In this document: positions 34,735 through 40,213 of the stretch, piece by piece
Layout of the letters: each line of letters starts with the position of its first letter
Numbering within the stretch: the stretch's first letter is position 1
Assembly (NCBI RefSeq): GCF_004010195.1
Contig: NC_057720.1
Span: forward strand, 31,991,339-32,031,551
Length of the DNA stretch: 40,213 bases
Reading direction: 5' to 3'
From: Chiloscyllium plagiosum
Taxonomy: Eukaryota
Notes under the pieces: model-generated
What the model was told of the DNA's origin: nothing
Seen by the model: only the letters and a program-made list of their open reading frames with translations
Database searches by the model: none
Program-made: the position numbers and the translations under genes

Positions 34735-36090
34735 ACATGAACAAGGAACAAGAGTAGGCTATTCAGCTGCTCAAATCTGCTCCACAATTTAACAAGATTA
34801 TGGCTGATTTTATTGTAACCATATTTCTGTATTCCTGCCTACCCACTGATAAATTTTCACCCACTTGCTTACCAAGAATCTATCTACTTCTTTCTTAAAA
34901 ATATTCAAAGACCCTACTTCCACTGCCTCTTCAGGAAGAGTGCCCCAAAGGCTCATAACACTCTGAGAATTTTTTCTGCATCTATCTTATTTTTAAACTC
35001 CCCGAATTTTACATTCTACTACAAGTGGAAATATTCTGTCCGTTTCTACCTTGTCAAGACCCCTCAGGATTATATATGTTTCAATTAAGTTGCCTCTTAT
35101 TCTTCAAATTCCAGTGGATACAAGCCTACATTTTCCAAACTTTTCTCTAAATACAATTTGTCCATTCCAGATATTAGTCCATTATTCCTTCTTTGACCTT
35201 CTTCCTATGTATTTATATCCATCCTTAAATAAGGTGACCAGTATGGTACATGGTACTCCAGATATGGCATCACCAATGCTCTGCTTTAACATCTTTAACA
35301 ATAGCTTCTAATATTTCCCTATGACAAACAATGGTCTGTAGTTTTCTGCTTTCTATCCTTTTGAACAAAATAGTTACATTTGCTCTCTTACAATCTGAAG
35401 GAATCTTCCCAGAATCTAGGGAACTTCTGAAAATGAAACTGATGTATCAATTATCTCAGGAGGCAATTTAAAAACTGTAGGATAAGTCAATCTTAACCTG
35501 GGCAATTATCAGTCTGCAGCTCCAAACATTTGCTCATGAACACTTTCTTGGTAAATTGTAATTTTCTTTAGCCCTCCCTCCCTCCCTGTTATTTCTTGTT
35601 ACAGATGTTCCTTATATCTCCTAGAGTTAAGAGCAAAACACCAGTTCAATTCATCTGCCATCTCCTTATTTCCCATTATTCATCAGTATCTATAGGACAA
35701 CCATTCAATTGTGTCGACTCTTTTCCTTTTGAAATATCTGTAAAACTTGCACTACTTGTTTTTATATTTCTAACTAGCTTTCTCTTATACACTAATTTTC
35801 CCTCCTTATTTCGCTCATTCTTTCCTTTTTGTAATATTCTGTGCAATCCTCTGACCTTCTAACTGTCTTTGCACAATTACACATTCTGTTTCTTTAAGTC
35901 TGGTATAATTTTCAACTATTTTACTTAACCACAGATGGTGGACCTTCACTTGATGTTTTTCTTTCTTGTTGAAATGTATTTATTCCATGTCATCTGAAAC
36001 ATCCCCTTAAATGCCATTGCATTTCTATTCATCTAAACATTAACCTAATATGCTTAATCACTTTGACCAGTTCTGCTTTCATACCTGCTT
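34735..36090 (-). mobile_element. Old CR1 fragments
   Basis: CR1 3' tail GAACAAGGAACAAGAGTAGGCTATTCAG; decayed ORF2-like sequence upstream. Confidence 0.7.
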
Positions 36091-36099
36091 TAGGTCCTT

Positions 36100-36720
36100 C
36101 ATTAGGAGAGGAATTGAACATGGAATAATTCAATGTGCTTCAGTTATACAGGACATAGGTGGCATCATTTCCAAATATTACGTACAGTTTTGTCTTCTTA
36201 TTTAAGGAAGGATGTAAATGTTTTGGAGGTGGTTCAGAGGAGATTTTTCAGATTGTTACTTGGCAAAACAAGTTGTCTTATGAGGATAGGCTGAATGGGC
36301 TGGGATTGTTTCACTAGAGTTTACAAGAGTGAGGGTTGATTTGGTTGAAGTGTATATGATCTTGACTGGTCTTGACAAGATTGATGTGGGATGGATGTTT
36401 TGTCTTGGCAGTGAGCTCACAACTTTGTGATATTGTTCTAAGATTAGAATTTGCCCTTTTAAGATTGAGATTATAAGATCTTTTCTCTCTCATGAGGTTG
36501 TGTAACTTTGAAACCCTCTGCTTCAGAAAGCAATGGAAGCAGAGTTATCAAATACTTTAAAGGCAGTGGTGGATAGATTCTTGTTCCACAAGGGAATCAG
36601 AGGGTTCTGGGGGTAGATGGCAATGTGGAATTTGAAACTCACACAGACCAGCAGGATTTTATTACATGGCAGAGCAGGCTTGAAGGACCAAAGAGTTTAC
36701 TTCTGCTTATATTTCATATG
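36100..36720 (+). mobile_element. Old CR1 3' fragment
   Basis: Peptides LRKDVNVLEVVQRRF, LSYEDRLNGLGLFSLEF.RVR.DLVEVY. Confidence 0.85.
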
Positions 36721-36729
36721 GCCTTAACC

Positions 36730-37542
36730 GAGATGAGGTGTTCATAGAATATTTGCAGGATGTTTTTTTAAATCAGAACATTCTGGAGCCAACCAAAGGT
36801 CAGGCCAAACTGGTACTGCATTGTGCAATAAAATAGGATTAATTAATGACCTAATTGTGAAGGCACCATAGGTCTCAATAACCATAATATGATTAAATTT
36901 TACATTTGGCTTGAGGGAGAGGAGATTGGGACCAAGATCATATTTTTAAAACATAAAACAGTGGAGAAATGGTAAAGGCGAGAAGTCAATTGTGGGAGTG
37001 AATACAGCCACCTAACAATAACCTCATATATGATGGAGCATTAAAGGAAGAAATTTATCAGAAAGGCATAGCAATAATCATGAGATTTTAATCTATACAT
37101 TGTAGTCTAGAAAAATCAGATTAGTAAAGGTAGAATTCATGAAAGTGAAAATTCATTTAACAAATATATTAGATGTCTTTGATGGCTATATGCATGCTAT
37201 GTATAGAAGTGAGCCTATAAAAAAAAACTGTACCTAGATTTCCAGAAAGCTAACGTGCCACATAAAAGGCTATTCTGGGAAATAAAGATTCTTCATGTCT
37301 GAGGTAACATATTAGCATGGATAGAAGATTGTTAGGCTGGCAGAAAATAGAGAATGCATAAATGAATCCTTGCCTGATTGGCAGGATGTGACAAGTGGAA
37401 AGTGGTCCATGATTAATCTTTTATATATCATTTATATCAATCACTTAGATAAGGGGAGTGAAGCCATGGTGACTACATTTGAAGACAACATAAAGATAGG
37501 GCAGGAAAGTATGTTGTGAAAATACACAAGGAACTTACAGTT
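36730..37542 (+). mobile_element. Old CR1 endonuclease/RT fragments
   Basis: Remnants FLNQNILEPT, YLDFQKA, VTTFEDNIKIG. Confidence 0.65.
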
Positions 37543-39419
37543 GGAATTTGACCCAAGCTCCCAAATTTGACCTCTTGCCTCACAAATTAGTTTAAGACCT
37601 TTTCTACTTCCATAGTTATGTGGGTCACAGAACGCCAGCCCCTGCATGGTTCAGGTATAGACCATCCCAACAGTACAGATCCCACTTTCTCCAGTACTTG
37701 CGCCACTGCTATTGAACTGGAACCCACTTTTCCCACACCAGTCCTCCAGCCACACATTCATCTTTCAGCAGTACATGGGATAAAGCAACACTATTATTCC
37801 TGGTGACTTTGGTTAGCATTTTCCTTTCCATAAGCTGCTTCTGATACATAATGGAAGGAAGATTTGCCAATCAATAAATTAAGTCTCCAGGTTTGACTTT
37901 TGACATATCTAATTGCACAACGGTGCGGTAGAATCACACAGTATAAAATTGTATAAAACTAGCTAAAACAATTTGGTTACATTAATGTTGCTTTAAAGTC
38001 TCACCCACTTAACTTTGCTCTTTTGTTTAGTTGGTGAAAGTTAACTGCTGAAAGTCTTGTGACATTAATGTTGAGCAATCTTAGCTAAAAGTGGATGACG
38101 CTCAGCAGAGTGAAGTCTTCGTCATTGAGCACAGTTCCTGCTGGACTCTGTGTTCTATTTGCTGGAGTTTTGGCCTTGTAGTGGTTAACCACACATTGCA
38201 AGAATAAAAGCTTGATAGCAACAATTAATCAAATGCAATCAAACTTCCTGTTTATTGTCTAGCATGTTGAGGTGAGATCTCATGGCCTATTTAGAAATAA
38301 CAGTGTGAGAAGCTGCTTTTAACTCTGTCCACACAGTGCCTTCACTTGTTTGTATAAGGTGATGAGTCTGGGTGACATCATTAGAAAATGGGGCTCAGGG
38401 GAAATGCCTAAAACCAATAAGGTTTGCATCAGTAGAGGTAGCAAAGTTATAATTCCAGCTATATGAACATTCAACTGACAAGATAAGTCTGCAGTTCTGT
38501 GGTCCTGGAGAAGAGCAGTGGTTGTGGCTTGGGAAATCAGGTCTTAAAAATGAGTCCTCCCTCCACACCCTGACTCCTGGAGTCACACAGTTCCTCATGA
38601 AATTAAGGAATATCAGTGTTGAGTAATACAACACTTTTGCAGAACCTGCGAGAATCAGGAGCATTTAATTCCCATGTAGAATATACTTGATGCAGAATAA
38701 AATTCTCTGCCCAGCAATAAGGTGAGAATTCTCCTGCTGGCTGTGTGTCGTGACATAAATATGTGCATGAGATTTTTCGTTATTCAACACTTCTTGTGCT
38801 AGTAACAATAGCTTGCAATATAAATCACGAGTAGCCTCTCAGTCACCAAAATATCACAAGCTGAAAAAAATTATATTTCCTGAATGCTGCTGCCACACCC
38901 ACGTTTCTTCATCTGGGAACAGCAGCACCCTGGAAATGTAATTTTTTCAGCTAATGATATTTGTTCCTTTATAAATAAACATTGCTGACATGATCATTGC
39001 AGTGGTTGAGGTACTGTGCCAAACTATATGGGAGAGAAATAATTGTAAGGAACATTAACCAAAGTTCATAAAACGGGTACAGTCCAGGCCACTTTGGGTT
39101 TGCATTGCCAGATACCTTTTGGTGACTGAGGGGCTCCTCGTGAGTTATGCTGTAAGCTATTGTTACTAGTGCAGACTACAAGTATAGAGTCAGTCAATTC
39201 TGATCCCATAGTCACAAACTGTCTGTGGTTTCCAATTCTTTCTTGCACAATAGAAGAAGATCCAATGACAAGAAAGGGAAAGATTAAACTTTTCATGATA
39301 CCCAGGGTCATTTACATGTTTTTCATAAAGAACATACTTCAGTTTTAATTTTCTTATCTCAGATCTCTGTTTTAAACTACTTAAAGAGAATGGGTTCACC
39401 GCACTGTCACAAGCGAACG

Positions 39420-39867
39420 TACTTATTAGTAACGCATTTAGGCTATTTGGCCCATAAGCCTGCTCCACCATTCACTTGGTCAAGGATCAAGTGAATGGAT
39501 CAAGTCTGTGTTCTGAATTCCATTTTCCCACCTATCTCCAATGTTCTTTGATTCCCTTGCATCCTAGAATCTACCTACCTTTACCTTAAAGATATACAGT
39601 GAACTTGCTCCACTACATTCTGAAGCAGTAAGTTTTAACATCACACAAGCCTCTGAGAGAAAAATATTGTCCTCATCTCAGTCCTAAAAGGATGATGTCT
39701 CGATTTAAAACTGTTGCCCTTAGTTCTGGACTCACTCACAGGAGGAAATATCCTTTCTACATCACCATGTCAAAATCCTTGCAGGATTTTGTGAACTCAA
39801 ATTACTCCTCACTCTCCTAACCTCTGGTGAGAACAAGATTTCTTCATAATACCTCATTCTAGATATT
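39420..39867 (-). mobile_element. Old CR1 3' fragment
   Basis: TAGGCTATTTGGCCCATAAGCCTGCTCCACCATTCA tail region; similar to 34735-35310. Confidence 0.75.
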
Positions 39868-39930
39868 AGCTGGAAATGTGTTGCTGGAAAAGCGCAGCAG
39901 GTCAGGCAGCATCCAGGGAACAGGAGAATC

Positions 39931-39958
39931 GACGTTTCGGGCATAAGCCCTTCTTCAG
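39931..39958 (-). ncRNA. Minimal type I hammerhead ribozyme motif
   Basis: CTGAAGA-A-GGGC-TTAT-GCCC-GAAA-CGTC: CUGANGA and GAAA cores, perfect stem II, palindromic ACGU stem III, GUC cleavage triplet; stem I weak; activity not shown. Confidence 0.65.
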
Positions 39959-40114
39959 GAATGAGGAAAGTTTGTCCAGCAGGCTAAGATAAAAGGTAGG
40001 GAGGAGGGACTTGGGGGAGGGGCGTCGGAAATGTGATAGGTGGAAAGAGGTCAAGGTGAGGGTGATAGACTCCCTACCTATTATCTTAGCCTGCTAGACA
40101 AACTTTCCTCATTC

Positions 40115-40142
40115 CTGAAGAAGGGCTTATGACCGAAACGTC
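40115..40142 (+). ncRNA. Minimal hammerhead ribozyme motif (one stem II mismatch)
   Basis: CTGAAGAAGGGCTTATGACCGAAACGTC. Confidence 0.55.
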
Positions 40143-40213
40143 GATTCTCCTGTTCCCTGGATGCTGCCTGACCTGCTGCGCTTTTCCAGCAACACATTTT
40201 CAGCTCTGATCTC

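Larger units (their letters stand above)
39868..40213. mobile_element. Young fold-back Penelope-like insertion, runs off the window end
   Basis: 136-bp inverted arms 39868-40003 and 40070-40205 (4 mismatches); CpGs retained. Confidence 0.9.

Noticed and set aside
38395..39471. Short ORFs as host exons
   Set aside because: No recognisable domain or convincing splice structure; small exons anywhere in the window cannot be excluded without RNA-seq or homology search.
1..40213. CRISPR array or prokaryotic defence/retron system
   Set aside because: No regularly spaced direct repeats or operon-like ORFs; all RT sequence is vertebrate LINE-type.

Overview
Vertebrate non-coding DNA, almost certainly from a shark (elasmobranch), judged from HE1-type SINEs and the CR1/L2 families present. 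I see no host protein-coding exon, rRNA, true tRNA gene or CRISPR array. Much of the window is transposon-derived: tRNA-headed SINEs (HE1/V-SINE, Deu/SacSINE1-like, Meta-like), old and young CR1 LINEs, L2 fragments, a solo LTR, a possible MITE, and about ten short Penelope-like terminal repeats. Two assembly gaps (6618-7499, 26317-26705) lie inside young CR1 copies. The most notable items are: (1) short Penelope-like insertions, several folded back on themselves, carrying minimal hammerhead-ribozyme cores, two with exact 16-bp target-site duplications (TSDs); (2) a 171-bp inverted copy of nearby DNA ending in a snap-back hairpin, which looks like a templated-insertion repair scar; (3) an 851-bp element with ~120-bp inverted ends; (4) clean multi-level nested insertions. 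I found no clearly new gene system. Family names come from recalled consensus sequences and motifs, not database searches, and boundaries of degraded repeats are approximate.
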